Part shown: positions 32,242 to 41,605 of the stretch, piece after piece | Layout: each line of letters opens with the position of its first letter | Numbering within the stretch: position 1 is the stretch's first letter | Source of the DNA: Candidatus Omnitrophota bacterium | Lineage (GTDB): Bacteria > Omnitrophota > Gorgyraeia > Gygaellales > Profunditerraquicolaceae | NCBI GenBank assembly: GCA_041649385.1 | Contig: JBAZNG010000002.1 | Span: 1 to 45,801, forward strand | DNA: 45,801 nt | Reading direction: 5' to 3' | Program-made: the position numbers and the translations under genes | The notes under the pieces: model-generated | The model's database searches: none | What the model was told of the DNA's origin: nothing | Seen by the model: only the letters and a program-made list of their open reading frames with translations

Positions 32242-33806
32242 CTTGCCCCTCTTGGCTTTAAGCCGCCTTTACGCTCCCAGGCGATCTTGACCAGGATTAT
32301 TAAGACCAGCAACAACGCTACTAACGCAAGCCGCGTGCCCAATATATACGGTTTATCCGCCAGGGAAACATCCTTCATGAATATCTTCGGCATCCATTCC
32401 TGCCAGAACCAGGCGCCCAGGATGAGAAACAAAAACAACGGAGTAACGTATTTAATGATGAATTTATAGATCCCCGGCACGCGCATGTCCGCGCCCCGGT
32501 GTATCTCATCCCATGCCCGTTCCATACCGAAAACCCAGGCAAAAAGCAATATTTCTATCGTAGCAAAGAGCACCAGGAAAAAAGTGCCTCCCCAAAAGTC
32601 CAGTTCATCAACCACGCCGCGGCCAAGAAAGAATATCACCGGCTGGCATAAAATGAATGTGGCGGCAGCAAATATAGAAACAGCTTTCTTGCGGCCGATA
32701 TCAAACTCGTCCTCCAGAAACGCCACCGCCGGCTGGGCAAGCGATACAGAAGAGGTGACCCCGGCCAAAAATAACAGGAAAAACCAGAAAAAACCGAATA
32801 TTTGCGGCCAGGGAAGTTTATTCAAAACTAAAGGCATGGTCACAAACCCTAAATTGAATACCCCGGAACGCGCGATAGATTGTATCTCCACTGGCCCGAA
32901 GAAAACAAACGCTGCCGGAATGACAATGCTTGCTCCAATGATCACCTCGGCGGTCGCGTTAGTCGTCGCAGCAGTAAGCCCCGAAAGCACAATATCGTCG
33001 CCCTTGGACAGGTAACTGGCGTATGTAAGGATCACTCCTATGCCTACGCTTAAGGTAAAAAATATCTGGCCGGCGGCTTCCAGCCAGACTTTCGCGGAAA
33101 ACAAGCTTGAGAAATCGGCGTTCCAGAGAAATCCGAAACCATTGTTAACATTCCACTCTGGTTTAGCCGCGTCCGGCGCGCCAAGAAAAAACACCCGCAA
33201 CATCAATAAGATGCCGAATGCAAATAAAAGCGGTAAAGCCCACTTGCAAAGCCTTTCTATGCCGCCTTTTATGCCGTAATAAATAACTGCGATATTCAAA
33301 ACAAAAGTAATTATAAAGAACAGATACGCCGTGGCGATGCCATCAAAATATTGATTACGGGATAAACCCTGGAAAGCGCTTAAAAAACTACCCATGGAAA
33401 CCTGGTCAGTCAAAGCGCTGTATCTGCCAGTCAGCGCAAAATAGCTATAGGCCAAAGTCCAGGATTCAATAAAAGTATAATATATGAAGATGACCAGCGG
33501 CCCGAAAATACCGATCACGCCGAAGTATTTGATGAACCGGTTCTTCTGCCATAAGCTGTGGAATATGCCCGGGCCGGTACCATGCTCAAAACCACCGCCA
33601 TAACGGCCAAGCGTCCACTCTACCCAGATCAAAGGTATGCCTAACAAAAGAAAAGAGATAAAATACGGTATGATGAACACGCCGCCGCCGTTAGAAGCAG
33701 CCTTAGCGGGGAAACGCAGGAAATTACCCAAACCAATGGCTGAACCTGCGACAGCCATAATAATGCCTAAACGCGAACCCCAACTATCTCTTATCTTCTT
33801 GCCCAA
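32238..33806 (-). CDS. sodium-dependent transporter, NSS/SNF family
   Basis: 522 aa with WGSRLGIIMAVAGSAIGLGNFLRFP, the signature N-terminus, and about 12 TM helices. Confidence 0.9.
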   Translation of the reverse strand: MGKKIRDSWGSRLGIIMAVAGSAIGLGNFLRFPAKAASNGGGVFIIPYFISFLLLGIPLIWVEWTLGRYGGGFEHGTGPGIFHSLWQKNRFIKYFGVIGIFGPLVIFIYYTFIESWTLAYSYFALTGRYSALTDQVSMGSFLSAFQGLSRNQYFDGIATAYLFFIITFVLNIAVIYYGIKGGIERLCKWALPLLFAFGILLMLRVFFLGAPDAAKPEWNVNNGFGFLWNADFSSLFSAKVWLEAAGQIFFTLSVGIGVILTYASYLSKGDDIVLSGLTAATTNATAEVIIGASIVIPAAFVFFGPVEIQSIARSGVFNLGFVTMPLVLNKLPWPQIFGFFWFFLLFLAGVTSSVSLAQPAVAFLEDEFDIGRKKAVSIFAAATFILCQPVIFFLGRGVVDELDFWGGTFFLVLFATIEILLFAWVFGMERAWDEIHRGADMRVPGIYKFIIKYVTPLFLFLILGAWFWQEWMPKIFMKDVSLADKPYILGTRLALVALLLVLIILVKIAWERKGGLKPRGAR

Positions 33807-33822
33807 AGCCCCTGGCTCCCGT

Positions 33823-34056
33823 TTACATAGACTTCAGCGCTTCCTGGATCAACGGCAATATCCCCTCCGCCTCTTCTTTGGTCAACCTGCCTAATTTCGC
33901 AAAAGCAAACTCGCCGTTCTTATCTTTGATCTCCCTGACGATCTGTAATTTCTTGGCGCCGTTATTATAAGAATAAACACTGACAACCACCTTACCTGAA
34001 TCATTCTCCCAGAACCGCGTAAAAACCTGCACATCCAGATTGCTATCGTATGGCAT
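33823..34056 (-). CDS. small PC4/YdbC-like protein (tentative)
   Basis: I prefer the internal start MPYDSN... (77 aa), which is preceded by AAGGAGG, over the track start at 34122. The pattern ...VVVSVYSYNNGAKKLQIVRE...FAKLGRLTKEEA... is YdbC-like. Confidence 0.45.
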   Translation of the reverse strand: MPYDSNLDVQVFTRFWENDSGKVVVSVYSYNNGAKKLQIVREIKDKNGEFAFAKLGRLTKEEAEGILPLIQEALKSM

Positions 34057-34222
34057 ATGATCCTCCTTGTCCACCAGGACAACACCGCCGCAATTTGCGC
34101 CACGAGGCGAACACTGGCCCAATTCCTATCTGGGTCAGGTGCCAATTAGCGGCGGGTGTAACTTTATAAACACAACCCCGTACAGCTCCAATTAGCGCGG
34201 AGTGTCAAAACCTTAAACGCCG
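34057..34222 (-). promoter_or_regulatory. promoter/leader of the NSS operon with repeated CCGC(C)GCTAATTGG boxes
   Basis: On the minus strand, TTGGAG (34186-91) and TATAAA (34163-68) are separated by 17 bp. GCTAATTGG boxes lie at 34188-34200 and 34142-34155. A hairpin TTGTCC-TGGT-GGACAA abuts the Shine-Dalgarno. Confidence 0.4.
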
Positions 34223-34531
34223 TTAGAACTTCTTCCCGTGCCTGTATGGCCGGGTCTTATTGTACTCTATCTTCTTTAATAAAGCTTTCTCTAAATCGAT
34301 CTTCCGGGAACCGCAATAATCAAATATGCGGATGCAGCAATCCGCCAGCTCCTCAGCGAGTTCCTCTTTTCCCAGATGGTTGCGCATCGCTTCCAGCGCT
34401 TCGGAAAGTTCCGAATGCATCAAAGCGATCAACTCGCCATCATTACGCTCATCGACCCACCAGCCCTTGCTTTTGGCTACCGCGTGGCAACGCTTGATCA
34501 AATCATTTACCGAGGTTTTCTGCTTGGGCAT
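34223..34531 (-). CDS. small MazG-like nucleoside triphosphate pyrophosphohydrolase
   Basis: 102 aa with KGWW...LIALMHSELSEALEAMR...EELADCCIRIFDY...YNKTRPYRHGK. Confidence 0.7.
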   Translation of the reverse strand: MPKQKTSVNDLIKRCHAVAKSKGWWVDERNDGELIALMHSELSEALEAMRNHLGKEELAEELADCCIRIFDYCGSRKIDLEKALLKKIEYNKTRPYRHGKKF

Positions 34532-35045
34532 CTATCTTCCTTTCCGTAACATCCTCTTTAACAACATATTGTTTCATCGCGCCGAATACGGCTTTGGCTA
34601 TAATTTCTTTGGCGTACGTGCTGGGGCTGCTGACTTCCACTAAAGTTTGATTTGTCTGCTTTGTGCTAAAAAACAAACCTACAGGAGTAGTATCGTCCAT
34701 AGGAGAAGTACCATCCACAGGGGCAGTATCTTTCACGGAAAGGTAAACCGCGATCATTCTTGGAGAAAGCTTTTCCGCGTAAACATAGGCATGATTCTCT
34801 ATCAAAGCTGATTTTACCTTCTCATAACAACTATCCATATCTATGGCGAATACTTCTTTCTTTGCGTTGGGCAGGCCTTCTTCCAGGACCTTAGTGGAAA
34901 TACCCAAAAAACCCCTGCCGGCTTCCTTGACTGTGGCGCAACCTGAAAAAACAAAAAGCAATGCAATAATAATAAGCGATCTTAAATATTTACTTTGCCG
35001 ATGTAAAAAACACCTGGGTAAATTCATTAAGGCCTCCTTATTCAT
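34503..35045 (-). CDS. lipoprotein, unknown function
   Basis: 180 aa with lipobox VFSGC. It overlaps the upstream patatin gene by 8 nt and the downstream MazG-like gene by 29 nt. Confidence 0.65.
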   Translation of the reverse strand: MNKEALMNLPRCFLHRQSKYLRSLIIIALLFVFSGCATVKEAGRGFLGISTKVLEEGLPNAKKEVFAIDMDSCYEKVKSALIENHAYVYAEKLSPRMIAVYLSVKDTAPVDGTSPMDDTTPVGLFFSTKQTNQTLVEVSSPSTYAKEIIAKAVFGAMKQYVVKEDVTERKIDAQAENLGK

Positions 35046-37071
35046 TGACCAATTGGCGGATCCTATCTAAATTCTTGCGCGTCTCTATCTCGCCTCTTGC
35101 GGCGAATTCTTTAGCCTTGTGCAAGTCCAGCCAGAACAGGCCTTGCGTATCAGGATGTAATACAACATCGGCAAGTTCGCCTTCTTTCCTGGCTACCTCT
35201 GATTGCAGGACTTCCACACTGCTAAAGATTATATCAACAATATTGATCTTGAAAATGTTTTTTAATCTGCCGGCAAGATCAAACCACCTTAATTTTTTCT
35301 CGCCAAGCTGGTTTGCGCCGGATACCTGGTCCTTAAGCATATTGATCTGGCGCAAGACATCCTCGCGCGAAGGCGTAACGTTTACGGCAATGATCTTTTT
35401 TACGCCGATATTAAGCAGGGCCTCCGTAGGTAAAGGATTGATCACGCCGCCATCAAAAAGCATCTCTCCTTTGAACTTAAACGGGGCGAACACGCCCGGC
35501 ATGGCGCAGCTGGCCATTACAGCGTCTACCAAAAGGCCTTTATCAAAGACCTTCGGCTCTTTCCTGCGCACATCGCTGGCAATGATCTTTAAGGGAAGGC
35601 GTACATCATAAAAAGTTTTGTCCCCAAGATGGCGCTTAAGAAAACTGTGGAGTTTATTGCCTTTAATAAATCCCAGAAGCGGGAAAGTCACATCGACCAA
35701 ACCCCAGATACGCTTGGGCTCCTGGAATTCGCTGGTAATCTTTAATATTTCATCGCTGTTCTTGCCTATCGCCCAGAGGCTGGCGATCAGCGAACCAATG
35801 CTGGAGCCGGCAATAACATCGATCGGGATACCCTCCTCCTCAATGACTTTAAGCACGCCGATATGGCAGAAACCGTAGCCTACGCCTACCCCCAGGACCA
35901 ATCCGACCAGAGAATCACCCAGGCAGCGCGCGATCCTGCGCACAGCCTTGGCGTACTCCCCTTCTGGCTGGTCGATCACCAGCCTGTCGGCGGATTCAAA
36001 ATCTATTTTAGGCACCGTGGCAAAAATATCCTGGCCGAGTATATTAAGCTGCTGGGCATGGGTGATCTTGGATAACTTGTATTCGTTAACCACGATATCG
36101 ATCTTACCGGGATTAAAGTTGAATTCTTTTTGCAGCCTTTCTATCAGGTTATTCGTGCGCTTTAAGTCCACCGGGTCAGGGCTGCTTAAGATATGTATGC
36201 GGTCGGACTGATTAAGCATATTGATAATCGAACGGTCCATGATTGAAGGAAGGTCCATGACTATATAATGGTAGTCATTAACCAAAACGCTGATGATCTC
36301 AACCAGTTTCTTAAGGCAAAGTACATCCTCTTCCCGGTAATAAAAACAGATCAGGTCTACCCCAAACTCGCTCTTCATGAGATAACCGGAAAACTGCCCC
36401 TGGTTTTGCGGCGCGTCGCAGGAAAGATCATATACCTGCTCCTGCTCCATGTTTAATTTACCCGGCAAGGTATGCACCCTCTCCCTGGGCAAAAGATCAA
36501 GTATGACCACTGATTTATGCGTTTCTTTATGCAGGCTTAAAGCCAGGTTCAATGCGTAAACTGTTTTGCCTGCCTGGGAATAAGAGCTGAACACTGAAAC
36601 CACCGTGCTTTCAAATATCGTCTTCTGGTGGATATCCTTGCGCTTGAGCCTGCGGCTTAACGTGCGGCTTAAGTCTATCGCCAGAGCGGGAATAGCCTGC
36701 AGCAGAAAATCAAAATCATCTTTTTTGACTACCAGAATCAGGCAATCATTAATCGCTTCGGCGCTGACAGAGTGCGGTTCATTGGTAAGAAGCGAAATGA
36801 TTCCGAAATATTTACCTCTATGCAGGTATTCCAGCACAGTGCGCCCCTTTTGCGGGGTTTGGGTATAAACAAGCACCCTGCCGGAAATAATACAGTAAAA
36901 AGCGCTCGGGGCTGAACCCTCCGCATAGATCAACGCGCCTTTTTTATACTCTACGATACTGGAACGTTCTAAGATCACCGCTAACTCCTTAGGCGTACTT
37001 TGGGAGAATAAAGGCAACTCTTTGATCAGGGATTCTTTTTCCATCATAAAGGTATCCTGCCAGTCTTGCAA
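35038..37071 (-). CDS. CAP-effector-like (cNMP-binding fold) / ParA-MinD-like / patatin phospholipase fusion protein
   Basis: 677 aa. The N-terminal CAP_ED-like region has GKYFGIISLL...PHSVSAEA. The middle region has VVSVFSSYSQAGKTVYALNLALSL...VVILDL. The C-terminal patatin domain has GVGVGYG, GSSIGS (GxSxG) and FDGGV (DGG). Confidence 0.8.
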   Translation of the reverse strand: MQDWQDTFMMEKESLIKELPLFSQSTPKELAVILERSSIVEYKKGALIYAEGSAPSAFYCIISGRVLVYTQTPQKGRTVLEYLHRGKYFGIISLLTNEPHSVSAEAINDCLILVVKKDDFDFLLQAIPALAIDLSRTLSRRLKRKDIHQKTIFESTVVSVFSSYSQAGKTVYALNLALSLHKETHKSVVILDLLPRERVHTLPGKLNMEQEQVYDLSCDAPQNQGQFSGYLMKSEFGVDLICFYYREEDVLCLKKLVEIISVLVNDYHYIVMDLPSIMDRSIINMLNQSDRIHILSSPDPVDLKRTNNLIERLQKEFNFNPGKIDIVVNEYKLSKITHAQQLNILGQDIFATVPKIDFESADRLVIDQPEGEYAKAVRRIARCLGDSLVGLVLGVGVGYGFCHIGVLKVIEEEGIPIDVIAGSSIGSLIASLWAIGKNSDEILKITSEFQEPKRIWGLVDVTFPLLGFIKGNKLHSFLKRHLGDKTFYDVRLPLKIIASDVRRKEPKVFDKGLLVDAVMASCAMPGVFAPFKFKGEMLFDGGVINPLPTEALLNIGVKKIIAVNVTPSREDVLRQINMLKDQVSGANQLGEKKLRWFDLAGRLKNIFKINIVDIIFSSVEVLQSEVARKEGELADVVLHPDTQGLFWLDLHKAKEFAARGEIETRKNLDRIRQLVNE

Positions 37072-38270
37072 ACATCCGCCAGGCGCCTGGCGCTTTCTCT
37101 TATCGTGCGTTTATAATCATTATAATCCACATGGACCAGGCCGAAACGCGGGCCAAAACCTTTATCCCACTCAAAATTATCCAGTAATGACCAGTAGATA
37201 TAGCCTATGACATTAGCGCCATCAGCCGCCGCGCGAAGGGTCTCTTGCAAATGCCCCTGGATATACTCCCAGCGCAAAGAATCATCCTCTGTGCATATCC
37301 CGTTTTCCGTGATCAAAACCGGCAGCTTGTATTTTTTAAGCTGCATCAAAAGTTTATAAAGCCCCAAAGGGTAAATATCCCAACCCAGGGAATTCTTTTT
37401 TAAAGGCAGGTGATTATCCTGGCAAACATCCATAAAAAGATGCGTGATCCCCGCCTTCCGGACATCGACAAGCGAGCGGCCGTAATAATTCAGGCCGATA
37501 TAATCCAGGCTGCGCCGGGCTACCAGCCGGTCAATAAAATACAAATTAAAAAATTTATTCCTTAAATAGACGGCGAGTTTATTAGCCAGCGTGGGCCGGC
37601 AGTATTCAAACGCCTGAAGGTTTGCGCTAATACTGACCATCGGCGCAGCAAGATCATTTCTTTTATAAATATCGTGGATCAGGCGGTATGCCCGAATATG
37701 GGTAGCAGAAAGGTTATCTAGCACTGCTTTGGCTTTCAGCAATGACCTTTCCTGCGGCGGCCAATCACCTACAAGATAACCGTAATATGCGTAAATAGTG
37801 GGTTCATTGATCGTAACCCAGAACTTTACATCTTTGGCAAATTCATTGGCCATTTTTTCCGCAAAATGCAGGAAATAGTGGCGGGCCTTCTGGTTTAACC
37901 AGCCTCCCATCTGCATAAACCATACGGGGCTGGTAAAGTGGTGCAAAGTAACTACCGGCTCAATACCGCGTTCTTTCAAGGCATCCAGCACGCCGCGGTA
38001 ATGCGCAATCTCCTCTTCCGAAAACTTTCCCGGTTCAGGTTCAACGCGGCTCCACTCTAAAGATAAACGATGACAATTGTGCCCTAACTCTCTGGCAAGG
38101 TCAAAATCTTCTTTGTAAAGATCATAATGCCTGCAGGCTGCCAGGGAACGCACCCTGCCGCCAGAAGCATTTTCCCATGCCCACCAATCGTTATTTGTGT
38201 TATTGCCTTCAACCTGATGGGCGGATGTAGCAGCCCCCCAGAAAAAGTTTCTTCCAAATTCCATTGCCAT
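37044..38270 (-). CDS. GH1 beta-glucosidase
   Basis: 408 aa with WVTINEP (acid/base Glu) and LITENG (nucleophile Glu). Confidence 0.9.
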   Translation of the reverse strand: MAMEFGRNFFWGAATSAHQVEGNNTNNDWWAWENASGGRVRSLAACRHYDLYKEDFDLARELGHNCHRLSLEWSRVEPEPGKFSEEEIAHYRGVLDALKERGIEPVVTLHHFTSPVWFMQMGGWLNQKARHYFLHFAEKMANEFAKDVKFWVTINEPTIYAYYGYLVGDWPPQERSLLKAKAVLDNLSATHIRAYRLIHDIYKRNDLAAPMVSISANLQAFEYCRPTLANKLAVYLRNKFFNLYFIDRLVARRSLDYIGLNYYGRSLVDVRKAGITHLFMDVCQDNHLPLKKNSLGWDIYPLGLYKLLMQLKKYKLPVLITENGICTEDDSLRWEYIQGHLQETLRAAADGANVIGYIYWSLLDNFEWDKGFGPRFGLVHVDYNDYKRTIRESARRLADVCKTGRIPL

Positions 38271-38355
38271 GGCTGTTATTATAACATCGGAAAAAAGAAA
38301 ATCCCAACAAATATGTTGGGATTTTCTTATACTTCCCTATATGTATATGCGTATT

Positions 38356-38799
38356 CTATCTTTTGGACATCTCCGCAGGAACATTCAAGTGCCTGCTTAA
38401 AACTTCCCAGGTCTTGGGGCCAACCTTGCCGTCAACCTTCAAACCATTTGCCGCCTGAAACTCTTCAATGGCTTTCTTGCTCTTCGGGCCGATCTTACCG
38501 TCTATCGCCCCTGCATAATAACCGGCATGCTGTAATGCTGACTGTATCTCTTGCGCTGTTGGCTTATAAGGGCCGGGGGGAGGCAAAACGCCTAATTCCC
38601 TGGTGACTGCCGGGGTAACAGGGCTTATCGCTTTTGTTTCCTGCGCCTTTAGGTCCGGTGAAACTTGCGAAACCGCAGTCATCGTGCTCAAGGAATCCAT
38701 CGTGATCGGCTGCATATCCTCAACTTCCTGTTTCTTGCCGCAGCCGGCGATCGCTGCCGCCACTAAAACTACCAAAATTATGCTTAAAAACCTTTTCAT
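38356..38799 (-). CDS. lipoprotein with a C-terminal peptidoglycan-binding (PG_binding_1) domain
   Basis: 147 aa with lipobox IAGC and LQHAGYYAGAIDGKIGPKSKKAIEEFQAANGLKVDGKVGPKTW. Confidence 0.75.
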   Translation of the reverse strand: MKRFLSIILVVLVAAAIAGCGKKQEVEDMQPITMDSLSTMTAVSQVSPDLKAQETKAISPVTPAVTRELGVLPPPGPYKPTAQEIQSALQHAGYYAGAIDGKIGPKSKKAIEEFQAANGLKVDGKVGPKTWEVLSRHLNVPAEMSKR

Positions 38800-38895
38800 T
38801 GACGCTTCTCCTCTCTATGTTATCGTTAAATAATTTTTATAAATAACCTATATTATACCGATTTAATTCCTTAAACGGCCGGAATCTGCTCACCT

Positions 38896-38928
38896 CCCTG
38901 CCTGCCGCCTGCCTGACAGCAGCCAGGC
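38896..38928. repeat. CCTGCCTG-rich repeat segment
   Basis: CCCTGCCTGCCGCCTGCCTGACAGCAGCCAGGC. Its reverse complement resembles 20924-20963 (GCCTG..GT CAGG(G)CAGGC..GCAGGCAGG). Confidence 0.6.
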
Positions 38929-38980
38929 TTATTAATACTAATCTTAACAAAATATCCCCAGAAATCAAATAAAATCTTGA

Positions 38981-40174
38981 TTAGAGGCTTTTGATCTCTG
39001 CGAAAAATATGTTCATCGTTAAAAAGAGCACCGCGCATATGCAGCCGCTTAATAAAAGCGCCGAAGACACGCCCAAGGTTTGCGCGAGCGTCCCGGCGAT
39101 CAGATTGCCGAACGGCATGATCCCGGCAAAAGTGACCATAAACAAGCTCATGATCCGGCCGCGCAGCTTATCCGGCACATTGATTTGCAAAAGCGTATTC
39201 ACCAAAGATATCGCCATAACGCTTGAGCTGCCTACGAAGATCAGCGAGAACAGCGCGAAGAAATAGTTACGCGATAAAGAAAAAACGATCAAGGAAACGG
39301 AAAAGAGGAATCCCGCGTAGATGAGCAGCTTTCCTTTATAGCGGAAATCGCCTAAGCGCGCCAAAACCAAAGCGCCGGCCAGAGCGCCAATGCCAGTGCC
39401 GGACATCAATATGCCCAAGCCCCTGACCCCAGCGCCGAGGATATCATTAACGAAAACAGGCATAAGTATCACATAAGATATGCCGAATAAACTTATCGCG
39501 GCAACCATGCTTAATAACGCCAGGACCAGGCGCCTTGCGCGCACAAAGACCAAAAGATCCTTCATATCCTTGAACGCTGAACTGCTTTTTCCCTGCTTAA
39601 AACCCTGGAATTTGATCCAGAACAAAGCGGCGATCACCGCGCAGAAACTCAGGCCATTAAGATAAAAACACCCGCTCATGCCTACCGCGGAGATCAAAAG
39701 CCCGGCGATCGCCGGCCCGATGATCCTGGAGGAATTGAAAGCGACCGAATTCAGGGCTATCGCGTTAAAAAGCTGTTGTTTACCGACCATCTCCACCACG
39801 ATCGCCTGCCTGGCAGGCGCGTCAAAAGACATAATAATGCCATTGGCCAGGGCAATGAACATGATCTGTAGCGGAGTGATCAACTTAAATTGGGTAAGCA
39901 GCGCCAGCAAAAACGCCAGGCACATAAAAGAAACCTGCGTAAAGATGAGGATATTCCTTTTATTCGCCCTGTCGGCCAGCACGCCGCCGAAGATAGAGAA
40001 TAAAAACACCGGGATTGAACCCAAAAAACCCACAAACCCGAGCAAGAAAGCCGAGCGAGTCAGTTCAAACACCAGCCAGCTTAAGGCAATATTCTGTACC
40101 CATGTGCCGATCAGGGAAATGAACATCCCCAGCCAATATATCCTGAAATTCTTTATCTTTAGAGAAGAGAACAT
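38981..40174 (-). CDS. MFS transporter
   Basis: 397 aa with about 12 TM helices and the GGVLADRANKR loop motif. Confidence 0.85.
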   Translation of the reverse strand: MFSSLKIKNFRIYWLGMFISLIGTWVQNIALSWLVFELTRSAFLLGFVGFLGSIPVFLFSIFGGVLADRANKRNILIFTQVSFMCLAFLLALLTQFKLITPLQIMFIALANGIIMSFDAPARQAIVVEMVGKQQLFNAIALNSVAFNSSRIIGPAIAGLLISAVGMSGCFYLNGLSFCAVIAALFWIKFQGFKQGKSSSAFKDMKDLLVFVRARRLVLALLSMVAAISLFGISYVILMPVFVNDILGAGVRGLGILMSGTGIGALAGALVLARLGDFRYKGKLLIYAGFLFSVSLIVFSLSRNYFFALFSLIFVGSSSVMAISLVNTLLQINVPDKLRGRIMSLFMVTFAGIMPFGNLIAGTLAQTLGVSSALLLSGCICAVLFLTMNIFFAEIKSL

Positions 40175-40179
40175 CTTTC

Positions 40180-40632
40180 TTAGGCAGGATTGGATAAGCT
40201 TTGTTTAACCAGCTCGGCTACCAGTTTGCCATCCGCCTGGCCGGCTAGCTTGGCATTTACTTCTTTCATTACCCGGCCCATATCTTTCATGCTGCTGGCG
40301 CCTGTTTCAGAAACTACCTGCGCGATCACTTTCTTAACCTCATCTTCAGCAAGCTCCGGTGGCAGGTAAGCCTTTAAGATCTCCAACTCGCTTTTTTCTT
40401 TCTCGGCCATTTCAAGCCTGTTGCCTTTGGTAAACTGCTCAATGGAATCCTGCCGCTGCTTAATCTGCTTCTTGATCACGGAAACCGCTTCCGGGTCATC
40501 AAGTGCGTTTTTCTTTTTAGCCACCGCCAGATTCATTAAGTCTGCGCGCAGGAAACTCAAAACAGAGCTTTTTAAAGCGTCCCTGGCCTTCATCGCTTCT
40601 TTATAATCATTCAATATTTTCTCTTCTAACAT
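40180..40632 (-). CDS. GatB/YqeY domain protein
   Basis: I prefer the start MLEEKILNDYKEAMKARD..., which is preceded by GGAGG, over the track start at 40668. The sequence shows the typical YqeY pattern (...EILKAYLP...). Confidence 0.8.
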   Translation of the reverse strand: MLEEKILNDYKEAMKARDALKSSVLSFLRADLMNLAVAKKKNALDDPEAVSVIKKQIKQRQDSIEQFTKGNRLEMAEKEKSELEILKAYLPPELAEDEVKKVIAQVVSETGASSMKDMGRVMKEVNAKLAGQADGKLVAELVKQSLSNPA

Positions 40633-40692
40633 ATCATCCTCCATCAATTTTAACCTGCAGAAGATCACTTAAGCAGATAACCGTTACTATTG

Positions 40693-41592
40693 CTAAAACA
40701 AGACACATTTCTTAAAATCATTTACCCTTTTTTGCAGTTCTTTATATGTCAGTCCGGCGGTGCGCCGTAAACCGAAATCTTCAATGTTAAATGAGGCGGC
40801 GATTGTCCCATAAGCAAGCGCTTTTTTTATCGCCAGCGGCGTGATCTTGCCGGATTTAGCCAGATACCCCATGAACCCGCCGGCAAAAGTATCGCCTGCG
40901 CCCGTGGGGTCAACTACAGTCTCCGCTGGATACGCCGGAAGCGAAAAGGTGAACTTATCGCTTAGAAACAACACCCCATGTTCGCCCTTCTTGATCAATA
41001 CCATCTTCGCTCCGAAAGATAAACAGGCGCGCGCAGCTTTAATCAGGTTTGACTCGCCCGAAAGCATCCTGGCCTCCTGGTCATTAGCCACATAGATATC
41101 CACATCTTTAAGCAATCTGACCAGTGAGCGGCGTTTATGATTAATCCAATAATTCATACTGTCTAAACCCACCAATTTCGGCGAGGACATCTTCTTCAGT
41201 AAATGCCTTTGGATATCCGGATCGACATTGGCCAGGAAAATATGGCTGATCCGGCGCTGCCGGTCAGAGATACGCGGCTTAAACCCCGCAAGCACACCCA
41301 ATTCGGTGCTTAGGGTGATTGCTGTATTCAGGTCGCCCTCATACCGGCCTTCCCACCTGAATGTCCTGCCGTTATCGGTGATCAAAGAAGCCAATTCCAG
41401 GTTCTTCCCCTTTAGGAAATGGATATACTTCTTGGGAAAATCCTTGCCAACTATGGCGACAAGGTGCACCTGCGTAAAAAGGCGCGCGGCCATGGAAAAA
41501 TGCGCAGCGCTGCCCCCAAGCAAATGTTTCTCATTTCCAAAAGGAGTTTTTACCGAATCCAGCGCAACAGTACCCAGGACTACGATGCTCAT
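40693..41592 (-). CDS. PfkB-family carbohydrate kinase
   Basis: 299 aa with the DPTGAGDTFAGGF signature. Substrate is unknown. Confidence 0.85.
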   Translation of the reverse strand: MSIVVLGTVALDSVKTPFGNEKHLLGGSAAHFSMAARLFTQVHLVAIVGKDFPKKYIHFLKGKNLELASLITDNGRTFRWEGRYEGDLNTAITLSTELGVLAGFKPRISDRQRRISHIFLANVDPDIQRHLLKKMSSPKLVGLDSMNYWINHKRRSLVRLLKDVDIYVANDQEARMLSGESNLIKAARACLSFGAKMVLIKKGEHGVLFLSDKFTFSLPAYPAETVVDPTGAGDTFAGGFMGYLAKSGKITPLAIKKALAYGTIAASFNIEDFGLRRTAGLTYKELQKRVNDFKKCVLF

Positions 41593-41605
41593 ATCGATCT
41601 CCTAT

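Noticed and set aside
33823-34145. Long N-terminal extension of the YdbC-like ORF (start at 34122) and the overlapping 84-aa ORF 33891..34145
   Set aside because: The extension (MGQCSPRGANCGGVVLVDKEDH) lacks a Shine-Dalgarno, whereas the internal ATG at 34056 has AAGGAGG at ideal spacing. The 84-aa ORF is an out-of-frame shadow.
40633-40668. Upstream starts of the YqeY gene (40668) and the second csp gene (45355)
   Set aside because: In both cases an internal ATG preceded by GGAGG yields the canonical family N-terminus (MLEEKI... and MAKGKVKWF...). The extensions add non-conserved residues.
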